Below, one piece after another: positions 38,646 through 48,591 of a DNA stretch of 64,000 nucleotides; position 1 is the first letter of the stretch, and every line of letters begins with the position of its first letter. The DNA comes from an uncultured bacterium (GTDB lineage: Bacteria; Krumholzibacteriota; Krumholzibacteriia; LZORAL124-64-63): the NCBI GenBank assembly GCA_903912525.1, contig CAIWHK010000007.1:22563-86562 (forward strand). The letters run 5' to 3'. The notes under the pieces are model-generated. The model did not search any database. It was not told the DNA's origin and was given only the letters and a program-made list of their open reading frames with translations. The position numbers were made by a program, and so were the translations under genes.

Positions 38646-39017
38646 TCACGCGTTCATTCCTCGCCAAGGCCTGCCCGGCAATTTCGTCGCGATGCGTTGA
38701 TGTACTTCTCGCCAGGCGGCATTCCCGTCGTACGCGAGCCCGGGCCGCAGCAGCAGTTTCACGTCACCGACGAAAGCCGCGTCCCTCATCTTTGCGGCCA
38801 GGTTCGCCTCCATGCGGGCGCGGGTCACGGGCACGCCGAGCCAGGGCGCGAGATATCCCCAGGTCCTGTTCGACCAGCGCCGACTCGGGCCAGGGCGTAG
38901 CGGCACGATGGTGGTGCGGCGGGCGACCAGCCACGCGGCCAGCGAACCTGCCAGACGTTCCTCGCCCAGCTGTTCGAGCACGTAGCCGAGACGCTGGGCA
39001 TCGGGCCGGCGCACCAT
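38646..39017 (-). pseudogene. Probable remnant or short ORF of unknown function (C-terminal about 120 aa of a larger protein)
   Basis: Protein-like codon usage only in the segment 38646-39017; the long ORF in the track runs through REP 39303-39322 and an AT-rich intergenic stretch, so the 5' part is not credible. Confidence 0.3.
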
Positions 39018-39302
39018 TGGTTGCTGGTGGCCGGCGCCATGGAGCGCGGCGGCCGACACCAGGCGCCCCTTCTGCTTCTGGCGGCGCAATGCCGATTGCG
39101 TTGCGACGAACGACGACCGGAGGGCAGCCTCGGCCTCTTGGCGCCTACAACATGTAGCGGCCCTTGGCGGGAAGGGATTCGATCCAGTCTTCGAGGTGGT
39201 GAAGGGCGTCCATGTTCGGCAAGCCTCAGCATGTAAGTCAGCATCAAATGCTAATATATTGTCGTATATTTGATCGATTCTTGGGATTGGGGGTGTCGCG
39301 CG

Positions 39303-39322
39303 GACTTGCGCCGGCGCAAGTC
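39303..39322. repeat. REP-like palindrome GACTTGCGCCGGCGCAAGTC (perfect)
   Basis: Upstream of the SWIM-SNF2 helicase gene. Confidence 0.85.
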
Positions 39323-39462
39323 GCAGCCGATCCGGCCGGACCCGCAACGGCATTTGCGCCCGCCCCCGCAAGGGTATAGGCTTTGCTGCCGACCTGCCCA
39401 TGGCAGAGCCTCCCGGCTGCACCCATCGACCGCTGGCCCAGGACTCCGGAAAAGAGCCGCAG

Positions 39463-42400
39463 ATGACCGTGTTTTCGCTCCGCCATTTCGACGAGGACAC
39501 CGTCTTCGAGCGGGCCGCGCTCGAAACTGTCAGGCGCGGTCACACCTACCACAGAGCCGGACGGGTCGTTAATGTCTCCGTCAAACGGGACGACCTTGCG
39601 GTGCTCGGGGTGGACGGCAAGACCGGCCACTACGTGGTGACCATCTCCGTAAACCAGTCGACCGACACGCTCGACCACACCTGCACATGCCCGCACGCGG
39701 GCGGCGGCGCGTTCTGCAAGCACATGGTGGCCGCCACGCTCGAACTCGAGGAATACGTCCAGGCGATGGCCGATGAATTCGGCGAGGACGATTTGGATGA
39801 TGATGACGACGTCATTGCATTCAACGTCGAGACGTTCGATTCCGGCCGACCTGTCACTGGTACTCCGCCCCGAAAGGACGCCCGCCTGAAGCTGATCGAC
39901 GGCTCCGCGCGCACCGACCAACCGGCCCGCACCGCCCCGGACTGGCGGCAGAAACTGACCAGCGCCCTGACCGACATGTCGCACCTGGTGCCCGGCGCGA
40001 AACCGCGCCCCTACGTCGCCGCCATCGTCCTGGATCGTGGGCGTACCGACATCCACAGGTACGGCAGCTGGAACTACGGCTCCGAACCGTACGCGCTGGT
40101 GCCGTACGTCATCAGCGCCACCTCGTGGAAGCGAATCCCGGGCGACAAGCCGACTTCCCCCCGAGACATCAATGCGTATCTGGAAACCGAGCCGGGGTGG
40201 CTCCAATTCGCCGACCGCATGTACCAGCAAGGCAACCCGGCGGGATGCCTCAACCTTGACCCCCATACGGCCGGCGTCCTGAACCTGATCGTGAGTGCGT
40301 TGCCGTTGTATGTCAGCCGCACGGCCAATCTTTCCAGCCTACTGTCGCTGCTGGCGCGTTCGGACATTCCCGTGTTCCTGGGCGACATCCGTTCGCATCA
40401 GGTCGCGTGCCGCCTCCGGATCGAGAGCGATCCCGTGGTGTTGGCCGCCGACGTGCGAACCGCGGAGAGCGCGTTCACAGTACACCTGGGCACTACGCGG
40501 GATGGTGTCTTTCGCGAGCTTCCCGCGGCGATCGAGACGATCGCGGAAAATCCGACGTGGATCCTGGACGGCAAGGACATCCTGAGGGTCGAAAACGAGC
40601 GGGCCTTGTCGATCGCCCGCGCGTTTCCGCTCACCGTTCCGGCGGCGGAGATCGACGAGTTCCGCGGGAACCACTTTGGGGCCATCGCCCAGATGGTGCC
40701 GATCCACGGCGATGTCGTCCACTGGCGGGACTTGCAGGTGGCGCCGGTGCCGCGGCTGTATCTGCAGGACGACGGAGCCCGCTCGCTGCGCGCCGAGCTG
40801 CGCTTCGCCTATGGCGAGTTTTCGACGGCGGACATCAAGGCCACCTTCACCGTCGGCATTGCGAACATGCCCGACTCGTGGGACCTGGTGCGCGTCCACC
40901 GGCAGCCCGAATCCGAAGAGCGGATCCTGAAGCTGCTGGCCGAGCCCGCCCACGGCCTCAAGCGCGTGGACGCCGCCGCGCGGCCGGGCACGTACCAGCT
41001 GCGGGCCCGCACGCATCCGCTGGATTTCCTCCTGAACGCCGTGCCCCGGCTTGCGCAGGCCGGATTCGAGATCTACGGCGCCGAGGACCTGAAGGTCGGC
41101 CGCGTCAACCGCGCGACGGCGAACGTGCGCGTGAGCATCACCTCGGGCCTCGACTGGTTCGACCTCGAGACCGTCGTCGAGTTCGGCGACCAGCAGGTCT
41201 CGCTGCAGGACGTGCGCAAGGCCCTCAAGCGGGGCGAGCACTACGTGAAGCTGGCCGACGGCTCGGTAGGCCGGATCCCCGAGGAATGGCTGGCGAAATA
41301 CAGGCACCTGCTCGACCTGGCCGAGGAGTCCGGACCAGGTCTGCGGTTGCGCGACTTCCACCTGCCCCTGCTCGACCAGCTGCTGCAGGAGGACGCCGCG
41401 CTTCGCTTGCCTGCCGACCTGACCCGTCGGCGCGAACGGCTGCGCGATTTCGAGGGGATCAGGCCGCAGCCGCTGTCGGCCGCGTTCACCGGCGAGCTGC
41501 GCCCGTACCAGAAGCACGGCTACGACTGGCTGCATTTCCTGGGCGAGTGCGGCTTCGGCGGCATCCTGGCCGACGACATGGGCCTGGGCAAGACCGTCCA
41601 GGTCCTGGCCTACCTCCAGGCGCGCCACGAACAGCCCGTGGTCACGGCCGCGACGCTGCTGGTCGTCCCCCGCAGCCTGATCACGAACTGGCAGCTCGAA
41701 TCGCGGAAGTTCACGCCCGGCCTGCGCTTCCTGGACCATACCGGAAGCGCGCGCGCGAAGGATGTCGCCGCCTTCGACGGCTGCGACATCGTGCTGACGA
41801 CCTACGGCACGATGCTGCGCGACATCGAGGTGCTGCGCGGGTACACGTTCAGCCACATCGTGCTGGACGAATCGCAGGCCATCAAGAATCCCCTGGCCAA
41901 GGGCGCCAAGGCCACGCGGCTGCTTCACGGCGACCAGCGCCTGGTGATGACGGGCACGCCGGTCGAGAACAGCACGTTCGAACTGTGGTCCCAGTTCGCG
42001 TTCCTGAACCCCGGGATGCTCGGCGGCATGGAGTACTTCCGGCGCGAGTTCGCCAACCCCATCGAGGCCAACCGCGACGAGCAGGCTGCCGCCACGTTGC
42101 GCCGGCTGGTGCGCCCCTTCATCATGCGCCGCACCAAGGAACAGGTCGCGCCCGAATTGCCCCCGCGCACCGAGCGCATCGTCTATACGGAGATGGGTAC
42201 CGCGCAGAAGAAGCTCTACGCGCTGACGCGTGAACGCTACCGCGCCGAACTGATGGGATTGATCGACGGCGGCGCCATGAACGATGCCCGGTTCCGGATC
42301 CTCGAGGGCCTGCTGCGCCTGCGGCAGATCGCGATCCACCCGGCGCTGATGGACCGCACATACAAGGGCGAAGCGCCCAAGTTCGAAGCGCTGCTGGAGA

Positions 42401-42879
42401 TCCTCGAGACCCTGCACTCCGAGGGGCACAAGGCGCTCATTTTCTCACAGTTCGTCGAGACGCTCAAGCTGGTCCGGACCGAGCTGGACCGGCTTGGGAT
42501 GCGCTACACCTATCTCGACGGCAAGACGCGGGACCGGCAGGCCACGGTCGACGAGTTCCAGAACAACGATGCCATCCCGGTCTTCCTGATCAGCCTGAAG
42601 GCGGGCGGCGTCGGGCTGAACCTGACGGCCGCCGACTACGTCATCCACCTCGATCCCTGGTGGAACCCGGCCGTGGAGATGCAGGCCAGCGACCGCGCGC
42701 ACCGCATCGGGCAGGACAAACCCGTGTTCGTCTACAAGATCATCGCGCGCGGGACGGTCGAGGAGAAGATCCTGGAGTTGCAGGAACGGAAGCGGGCGCT
42801 GGTCCGCAGCGTGATCGCGACCGAGGAGGGATTCCTGAAGTCGCTTACGAAAGAGGATGTGAGCATGCTGTTCGAATAG
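39463..42879 (+). CDS. SNF2-family helicase with N-terminal SWIM zinc finger
   Basis: CTCPHAGGGAFCKHMVAATL SWIM CxC...CxH motif; SNF2_N motifs LADDMGLGKTVQ, DESQAIKN, MTGTPVEN; helicase C-terminal domain with QASDRAHRIGQ. Confidence 0.8.
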   Translation: MTVFSLRHFDEDTVFERAALETVRRGHTYHRAGRVVNVSVKRDDLAVLGVDGKTGHYVVTISVNQSTDTLDHTCTCPHAGGGAFCKHMVAATLELEEYVQAMADEFGEDDLDDDDDVIAFNVETFDSGRPVTGTPPRKDARLKLIDGSARTDQPARTAPDWRQKLTSALTDMSHLVPGAKPRPYVAAIVLDRGRTDIHRYGSWNYGSEPYALVPYVISATSWKRIPGDKPTSPRDINAYLETEPGWLQFADRMYQQGNPAGCLNLDPHTAGVLNLIVSALPLYVSRTANLSSLLSLLARSDIPVFLGDIRSHQVACRLRIESDPVVLAADVRTAESAFTVHLGTTRDGVFRELPAAIETIAENPTWILDGKDILRVENERALSIARAFPLTVPAAEIDEFRGNHFGAIAQMVPIHGDVVHWRDLQVAPVPRLYLQDDGARSLRAELRFAYGEFSTADIKATFTVGIANMPDSWDLVRVHRQPESEERILKLLAEPAHGLKRVDAAARPGTYQLRARTHPLDFLLNAVPRLAQAGFEIYGAEDLKVGRVNRATANVRVSITSGLDWFDLETVVEFGDQQVSLQDVRKALKRGEHYVKLADGSVGRIPEEWLAKYRHLLDLAEESGPGLRLRDFHLPLLDQLLQEDAALRLPADLTRRRERLRDFEGIRPQPLSAAFTGELRPYQKHGYDWLHFLGECGFGGILADDMGLGKTVQVLAYLQARHEQPVVTAATLLVVPRSLITNWQLESRKFTPGLRFLDHTGSARAKDVAAFDGCDIVLTTYGTMLRDIEVLRGYTFSHIVLDESQAIKNPLAKGAKATRLLHGDQRLVMTGTPVENSTFELWSQFAFLNPGMLGGMEYFRREFANPIEANRDEQAAATLRRLVRPFIMRRTKEQVAPELPPRTERIVYTEMGTAQKKLYALTRERYRAELMGLIDGGAMNDARFRILEGLLRLRQIAIHPALMDRTYKGEAPKFEALLEILETLHSEGHKALIFSQFVETLKLVRTELDRLGMRYTYLDGKTRDRQATVDEFQNNDAIPVFLISLKAGGVGLNLTAADYVIHLDPWWNPAVEMQASDRAHRIGQDKPVFVYKIIARGTVEEKILELQERKRALVRSVIATEEGFLKSLTKEDVSMLFE

Positions 42880-42909
42880 CGGGGCGCAGGTCACACCGGG
42901 CCGGCGGCG

Positions 42910-42929
42910 GACTTGCGCCGGCGCAAGTC
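42910..42929. repeat. REP-like palindrome GACTTGCGCCGGCGCAAGTC (perfect)
   Basis: Between the convergent helicase stop (42879) and MqsA-like stop (42942). Confidence 0.85.
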
Positions 42930-42941
42930 CCCGCTACTCCC

Positions 42942-43547
42942 CTACGCCGCCCGCCCGCGCACCGCCGCCCACTCGCCCGACGACTTGATGCGCTTGAGGC
43001 TGCGCGGGCCGTGTGGCTCGCGCGGGGTAAGCATCTGGTCGACGCGCGAGATGAAGTCGCGGCGCGCCGCGTGGAACTGGTCGAGGTGGCGCGGCGCCAG
43101 GCAGCACCACTTCGACTCGACGACCTTCTTCTGGAACAGCGACATCAGCACGACGCGCAGGTTCAGCTCGTCGAACGGGGCGCGGAAGACGGGCTGCGTG
43201 CCGCGCGCCTCCCAGTCGGCGATGGTCTCGCGGCGGCTGCGGCCGATGGCGGTGGCGAGGTCTTCCTGGGACATCCGGTAGAGGCTGCGCAGGTAGGCGA
43301 TTTCCTCGCCGGTCAGGCCGGGGCCGCTCAGGAGGATGACCAGGCCGAGGTAGTCCATGAGTTGCACTTCGTTGAGGATCATCGAGGTACCTTGGCCGCA
43401 CTTGTCACACTCGGTCAATTCGACCGCGTTTCCCTCGAGAAAGACGCCGGTCAGGCCGCAGTGGTCGTACTCGTATCGCGCGGGGTGTTCAAAGCGGGCT
43501 TCCGGGGAGCCGCAGAGGGGGCATGTTCGCGTTCCGGCCAACTTCAC
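42942..43547 (-). CDS. MqsA-like regulator (YgiT-type zinc finger plus Xre-type HTH), orphan antitoxin-like
   Basis: N-terminus CPLCG...CDKCG Zn-ribbon followed by an HTH (MSQEDLATAIGRSRRETIADWEARG). The stop lies next to REP 42910-42929. Confidence 0.6.
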   Translation of the reverse strand: MKLAGTRTCPLCGSPEARFEHPARYEYDHCGLTGVFLEGNAVELTECDKCGQGTSMILNEVQLMDYLGLVILLSGPGLTGEEIAYLRSLYRMSQEDLATAIGRSRRETIADWEARGTQPVFRAPFDELNLRVVLMSLFQKKVVESKWCCLAPRHLDQFHAARRDFISRVDQMLTPREPHGPRSLKRIKSSGEWAAVRGRAA

Positions 43548-43603
43548 TTCCCCGTTCTCAGTCGAACCTGTTCCTTCGTCATTCTGTCGCTAATCCTCAC
43601 CTA

Positions 43604-43620
43604 TGTACGTTAAACGTACA
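43604..43620. promoter_or_regulatory. Perfect 17-bp palindrome TGTACGTTAAACGTACA about 57 bp upstream of the MqsA-like gene; candidate autoregulatory operator
   Basis: Exact inverted repeat in the predicted promoter region of an HTH regulator. Confidence 0.4.
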
Positions 43621-43892
43621 CCATCGAATTGGCAAGCCCGCTGGGGACGCGTGGGCTGTCAGCCAAACCGGCGATGGCCACATGGCGCCCTACAAAGCCC
43701 AGAATGTGACAGGTGCGTCATCAACCGCCACTTGCCGGTGACATCGGCGACGGCACAGCCCACGCGACGGCCCATCATAACCACGGCCAGTGACGGCACT
43801 AGGCCTCGAATGGCGTCCAGCCCTCGCTTGGTCACTGGAGTTGCTCGCCATTGGCTGGCATCGAGAACTGACCAACGGCAAAGGCGGCGCCA

Positions 43893-44909
43893 TTGCTCCC
43901 CGAGATTCCCGACGGTTATCCACAACTGCTCGACGCGCTAAAGGCCCGCATCAGGGAAGCTCGGGTCCGAGCGGCTTCAAGCGTCAACAGCGAGTTGATC
44001 GCGCTCTACTGGCAGATCGGTCAGGAGATCCTTCTGCGCCAGAGGGAGGCCGGCTGGGGATCAAAGGTGGCTGACAGACTGTCAGGAGACCTTCGGAGTG
44101 CATTCCCCAACATGAGAGGCTTCTCGAAATCCAACCTCATGTATATGCGCAAGTTAGCGGCTGCGTGGCCGGCCGGGACAATTTTCCCACAGCTTGTGGG
44201 AAAATTGGCATGGGGCCACAACCGCCTCCTCCTGGACAAGGTGGGGGATCCGGCCGAACGGTGCTGGTACCTGCAGGCCGCCATCGAACACGGCTGGAGT
44301 CGCGATGTCCTCCTGCACCAGATCGAGAGCGGGCTTTGCAACCGACAAGGCAAGGCGATCACGAACTCTGAGCGGGCATTGCCACCGCTGCAATCGGAAC
44401 TCGCGCTGGGCTTGTTGAAGGACCCGTACAACCTCGAATTCCTCGACATGGGAAACGACTTCCGCGAACGCGAACTCCACCGCGGCCTGGTGCGGCACAT
44501 GCGGGACTTCCTGCTCGAATTGGGCTCCGGATTCGCGTTCGTGGGCGACGAGTACCATCTGGAGGTCGGCGGCGCTGACTTCTTCATCGACCTGCTGTTC
44601 TATCACGTCCGTTTGCATTGCTATGTCATCATTGAACTCAAGCCCGGCGAATTCCGTCCGGAACATGCCGGCAAGCTCGGCTTCTATCTTTCAGCGGTCG
44701 ATGACCTGCTGCGCCTGCCGCCGGATGGGCCCAGCATCGGGCTTGTGCTCTGCCGCGAGAAGAACCGCGTTGTGGCGGAATACGCCCTGCGCGAGATCAG
44801 CGCCCCGATGAGCGTGTCGGGCATCACACTGAAGAAGAGCCTGCCGGATGGCCTGCGTGCCAGCCTGCCGACCGTGGAGGAAATCGAATCCAGGCTGCGC
44901 GAATCGTAG
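43893..44909 (+). CDS. YhcG-family (DUF1016) PD-(D/E)XK nuclease, paralog 3
   Basis: IIELKPGEF PD-(D/E)XK motif, LAWGHNRLL, HGWSRDVLLHQI. TTG start. Contains the internal AT-rich palindrome 44181-44205. Confidence 0.75.
   Translation: MLPEIPDGYPQLLDALKARIREARVRAASSVNSELIALYWQIGQEILLRQREAGWGSKVADRLSGDLRSAFPNMRGFSKSNLMYMRKLAAAWPAGTIFPQLVGKLAWGHNRLLLDKVGDPAERCWYLQAAIEHGWSRDVLLHQIESGLCNRQGKAITNSERALPPLQSELALGLLKDPYNLEFLDMGNDFRERELHRGLVRHMRDFLLELGSGFAFVGDEYHLEVGGADFFIDLLFYHVRLHCYVIIELKPGEFRPEHAGKLGFYLSAVDDLLRLPPDGPSIGLVLCREKNRVVAEYALREISAPMSVSGITLKKSLPDGLRASLPTVEEIESRLRES
44181..44205. repeat. AT-rich palindrome ATTTTCCCACA-GCT-TGTGGGAAAAT inside the YhcG paralog 3 CDS (encodes TIFPQLVGKL)
   Basis: 11-bp arms that are exact reverse complements, in a GC-rich gene, at the codon position homologous to the palindromes in paralogs 1 and 2. 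Confidence 0.75.
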
Positions 44910-44911
44910 GC

Positions 44912-44931
44912 GACTTGCGCCGGCGCAAGTC
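44912..44931. repeat. REP-like palindrome GACTTGCGCCGGCGCAAGTC (perfect)
   Basis: 3 bp after the YhcG paralog 3 stop. Confidence 0.85.
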
Positions 44932-44943
44932 CCGCCCATCACC

Positions 44944-44975
44944 AAAGAAAACCCCGGCCGTCACCAGCCGGGGCT
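44944..44975 (-). terminator. Rho-independent terminator for the M6 protease gene (minus strand)
   Basis: Stem CCCCGGC-N8-GCCGGGG followed on the minus strand by TTTTCTTT. Confidence 0.5.
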
Positions 44976-45012
44976 CCCCCAAGACACTTCTTGACCGGCC
45001 GACCGCTCCGGC

Positions 45013-48000
45013 TCACTTCACCAAAGCCAGCCTCCGCACCCACTCGCCGCCACCGGTCACCAACCGGCACATATAACTGCCCGACGCCACAGGCCGGCCG
45101 CGATCGTCGCGTCCGTCCCACACCGTCGTGTGCCGGCCCGCGACCTGTTCGCCCGTGATCAACGTCGTGACGCGGCGGCCGTCCAGGGAGTACACGGCCA
45201 GTTCCACCGTGCCGGCCGTAGCCAGGTCGAAGGCGATCGTCGTCGTGGGATTGAACGGGTTGGGATACGGCGCGCCCAATGCCGTCACCGACGGCACGAC
45301 CGACGGTTGTGCGACATCGCTGGCCACGTTCTGGTCGATGGTGAGCACGCGATCGCCCGCCACGTTCAGGCGCACGGTGGTCGTGCCGTCGGGCCAGCGC
45401 ACGACGACGCTGTCGGCCGTCGTCGCGGCGCCCAGACCGAAAGCAACGCGCAACGCGTTCTGCGCCAGGCTCTCGCCGCCGGCCGAAACGTGGCGCAGCT
45501 GGGAAACTCCACCGACGACGCACCAGACGCGCGCGCCGATGGCCGCGATGTTCGTGCCCTTGCCCTTCAGGTCCAGCTGCAGCCAGTGGCCACGACCGCT
45601 GATGGTATTGCGCAGCAGGACATTCGGCTGGCCGTCGCGCGACAGGTACAAGTCCTGGCCGCCGTCGCCGTCGAGGTCGCCGCAGGCGACGGCCGTGGTC
45701 GCCCCCTGCGCCGCGGGCAGCAGCTGCGACACGCCGAACTGGCCGGCGTCGGCGCCGAACAGCAGCAGGTCGGGCTCGCTGAAGCGGCAGACGTAGATGT
45801 CCAGGCGGCCGTCGTTGTCGAAGTCGGCCATGGCGAGGCCGCGGCCCGATCCGGTGTCGCCCAGGCCGGGGCCGGTGAGCGTGGTCCAGTACGTCCCGTC
45901 ATTGCGATAGAGGACGTCGGCCGAGCCGTCGTTGACCAGGTAGAGGTCCAGGTCGCCGTCGTTGTCGACGTCGCCCCAGGCCGCGGCCTGGCCCGAGCTG
46001 CCGTTGGCCGCCTGGCCCGTTACGAGGAACGTGCCGCCGCCCCCGTTCTGCACCAGCTGGTTCGCCTGCCAGGACATGACGCGGTAGACGTCCAGGTCGC
46101 CGTCGCCGTCGTAGTCGGCCCACGGCGCGGCGGTGCCGGTGCCGGCTGTCTGCAGCGCGGCGATGGCCTGCGGCATGAAGAAGAACTGCCCCGTCCCGAT
46201 GTTGCCGTACGAGCGGGCGAGCATGCTCGCCGTGCCGGTGTTGACCAGCGAGAGGTCGAGCAGGCCGTCGCGGTCGTAGTCGCACCACGCCGCGGCGCGG
46301 CCGGCGCCGGCGTCGTCGACGCCGTACTGCGCGATGTTGGTGAACGTGCCGTTGCCGTTGTTGGCCAGCAGCTGGTTGGCCTGGCCGTCGCGCGACAGGT
46401 AGACGTCCTGGTCGCCGTCGCCGTCGAAGTCGCACCACGCGGCGGCCATCGTCAGGCCGGTGTCGGTCAGCAGGCCGGTGGCGATGTCGGTGAACGACAG
46501 GTTGCCGTCGTTGCGCAGCAGGCGGTTGGCCGAGCCGCGGTTGCAGATGTAGAGATCGAGGTCGCCGTCGGCATCGTAATCGAGCAGGCTGACGCCGCGG
46601 CCCGCGCCCGCATCGCCGAGCGCGCCGGCCGACGTCGCGGTGAACGGCGCGTTCGTGTGGACGCCCGTGAACGCGAGCGCCGCGCCGCTGGTGGCCACGG
46701 TGCCGGTCACGACGGCCGGTGACGGCGAGGTCCAGCCGGGCACGCCCAGCCAGGTCAGCGTGAACAGCCCCGGGGCCCAGACCACCACCGAGGCGTCGCC
46801 GACGCCCGTCTCCTGGTAGCCGTCGGGGCCGTCCAGCCGCCACGGCGCCTGCAGGCCCGCGGGCTGAACTGCGATGTTGACGGCCAGCGAGCCGACCGCC
46901 GGACGGTAACTGAACGTCATGGTCGATGCGCTCGCACTGATCTGGTCGATGTACACGGGCGCGACGGAACCATTCCACCACCTGGCGGCCGGGCTGGTGG
47001 CAGGCGTCAGCAGCGTGGAGCCGGGCGCGGACCACAGGTCGGTATAGTCGCCGTAGTTGAGGTAGTACTCGAGATCCCAGCGGCCGTCGGCCTGGACCAG
47101 CGTGCAGTAGTAGTGCCGCGCCGCGGTCATGTCCTGGTAGCTGTTGTTGCCGGACGTGTCGACATGCCAGATGGCCAGGCCCGCATCGGGAAGCGCGGCA
47201 TCGCGGCCGGCCTGCTGCCGGTTCTCGATCATGTAGTACTCGCCCGAGCGCGCCGGGTTGGAGACGCGATAGAAATGGTTGCTGCCGGCGGTGACGGGCA
47301 GGTTGGTGGCCACGCTGGTCAACGCGGTCACCGAGGCCGACCAGCCGGCCGTGTCCTTCAGCGGCGCGCAGGGCTGGACGGGATTGTTGGCCGGCCCCGA
47401 ATTGCACATCAGGCAGAACTGCCCCACGCCGGACGAATCGGAATCGTAGTCGTACAGGTCGGGCCAACCGCAGAGCATGTGACCGTTCTCGTGGCAGAAC
47501 GTGGCCAGCGAGGGCCCCGAGCCGATGTTCGTGATCTGGTAGCGGTAGGTCGAGACGCCGTCCGCGGAATACGAAATGCTGCTGCTGTGCGGCCACAGGC
47601 CCACCGACCAGCCCATGGACGGCTCACCGGCATAGAAGGCGTTGAGGGCGTCGATGACGCCGTCGTGATTGCTGTCGTACTGGCTGTAGTCGAAGCCGCT
47701 GTTGTTCAGCGCGATGAGCGCCTCGCGGATCAGCGCGCGGGCACTGGTTCCATAGGTCTGGGATGCGCTGTCGTAGTACGACTTCGGCTGGGCGGCCCGG
47801 TAGTAGACCGTCGGCGAGAAGTTCGTGTACGTGAGCAGGCCGCCCGACACGTCGTAGAAGTAGTCGCGCACCGAGCCGTGGCTGCTGTAGCCCGTGTAGC
47901 CCGGCAGGTTGAGGTAGGCGTCGAAGTCGGCGGCGGCAATCGTGGCCGGCTGGTCGCTGAAGTCGATGAGCAGGGTGATGCCGCGCACATTGCCGACGGT

Positions 48001-48429
48001 CGTGGCCTGCGTGGCCTTGTTCGCCGCGGGGATCAGTGCCCGCTCGGCGTCGAGCAGCTGCCGCGCCGCCTGGGCTTGCTTCTGCCGCGCCAGCGTCGAC
48101 TGCTTCAGGTGGGGCGTGAGCCCGAGGCCCGCCATCGCGGCGGCATCGCCGGCGCGGACACCGGTGCTCTGGAGATCGTCGCTGCCATTCACGAGCCGCG
48201 CGTAGCAGATCACGCCGGTGCCCGCATCGCGGACCAGAGTGAAGCCGTCGAGCGATTCGATGTGCTGCGAATACTCGTCGCCCCAGACCAGCACGGGCAC
48301 GGCGGCGCCGTCGGGCTGCCGCAGGTCGAAACGGGCGCCGTGGTAGGGGGCGGCGGTGGCGGCGGAGGCCAGGAGGAGCGACAGCGCCAGGGTGACGGGG
48401 GCGGTGAGCCGGGCGAAGTGGCGGAGCAT
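45013..48429 (-). CDS. Secreted M6-family (immune inhibitor A-like) metalloprotease with FG-GAP/VCBS repeats and T9SS C-terminal domain
   Basis: Signal peptide MLRHFARLTAPVTLALSLLLASA; HExxH in FCHENGHMLCGWPDLYD; repeated DxDxDGxxD FG-GAP-like motifs; C-terminus YPNPFNPTTTIAFDL. Confidence 0.75.
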   Translation of the reverse strand: MLRHFARLTAPVTLALSLLLASAATAAPYHGARFDLRQPDGAAVPVLVWGDEYSQHIESLDGFTLVRDAGTGVICYARLVNGSDDLQSTGVRAGDAAAMAGLGLTPHLKQSTLARQKQAQAARQLLDAERALIPAANKATQATTVGNVRGITLLIDFSDQPATIAAADFDAYLNLPGYTGYSSHGSVRDYFYDVSGGLLTYTNFSPTVYYRAAQPKSYYDSASQTYGTSARALIREALIALNNSGFDYSQYDSNHDGVIDALNAFYAGEPSMGWSVGLWPHSSSISYSADGVSTYRYQITNIGSGPSLATFCHENGHMLCGWPDLYDYDSDSSGVGQFCLMCNSGPANNPVQPCAPLKDTAGWSASVTALTSVATNLPVTAGSNHFYRVSNPARSGEYYMIENRQQAGRDAALPDAGLAIWHVDTSGNNSYQDMTAARHYYCTLVQADGRWDLEYYLNYGDYTDLWSAPGSTLLTPATSPAARWWNGSVAPVYIDQISASASTMTFSYRPAVGSLAVNIAVQPAGLQAPWRLDGPDGYQETGVGDASVVVWAPGLFTLTWLGVPGWTSPSPAVVTGTVATSGAALAFTGVHTNAPFTATSAGALGDAGAGRGVSLLDYDADGDLDLYICNRGSANRLLRNDGNLSFTDIATGLLTDTGLTMAAAWCDFDGDGDQDVYLSRDGQANQLLANNGNGTFTNIAQYGVDDAGAGRAAAWCDYDRDGLLDLSLVNTGTASMLARSYGNIGTGQFFFMPQAIAALQTAGTGTAAPWADYDGDGDLDVYRVMSWQANQLVQNGGGGTFLVTGQAANGSSGQAAAWGDVDNDGDLDLYLVNDGSADVLYRNDGTYWTTLTGPGLGDTGSGRGLAMADFDNDGRLDIYVCRFSEPDLLLFGADAGQFGVSQLLPAAQGATTAVACGDLDGDGGQDLYLSRDGQPNVLLRNTISGRGHWLQLDLKGKGTNIAAIGARVWCVVGGVSQLRHVSAGGESLAQNALRVAFGLGAATTADSVVVRWPDGTTTVRLNVAGDRVLTIDQNVASDVAQPSVVPSVTALGAPYPNPFNPTTTIAFDLATAGTVELAVYSLDGRRVTTLITGEQVAGRHTTVWDGRDDRGRPVASGSYMCRLVTGGGEWVRRLALVK

Positions 48430-48545
48430 GGGTACGTCCCGTGGTCGATGGTGGCGGTGCCGGGTGTGTGAGGGCCGGTGGGGATGACAATAGTGCATTA
48501 TAACGCGTTTGGGGGTGATGGATCTACAGAAATGAGGGGGTGCGC

Positions 48546-48565
48546 CAGTTGCGCCGGCGCAAGTC
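48546..48565. repeat. REP-like palindrome CAGTTGCGCCGGCGCAAGTC
   Basis: Between the M6 protease start region and the YhcG1 stop. Confidence 0.8.
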
Positions 48566-48591
48566 CCCCGCACCGTAGTCGCAATTTATAA

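Noticed and set aside
38609-39157. Plus-strand ORF (182 aa) and many similar Arg/Pro/Ala-rich ORFs in the track (e.g. 291-1049+, 9549-10829+, 11246-11593+, 19470-22376+, 24375-27194+, 47113-48471+)
   Set aside because: These are shadow ORFs antisense to, or frame-shifted from, well-supported genes in a 68% GC genome. Their amino-acid composition (R/P/A/G-rich) and lack of motifs indicate non-coding frames.
38646-39500. Full 284-aa minus-strand ORF from the track
   Set aside because: It reads through REP 39303-39322 and an AT-rich stretch. Only the 3' 370 nt look protein-coding, so the full ORF was reduced to a low-confidence remnant.
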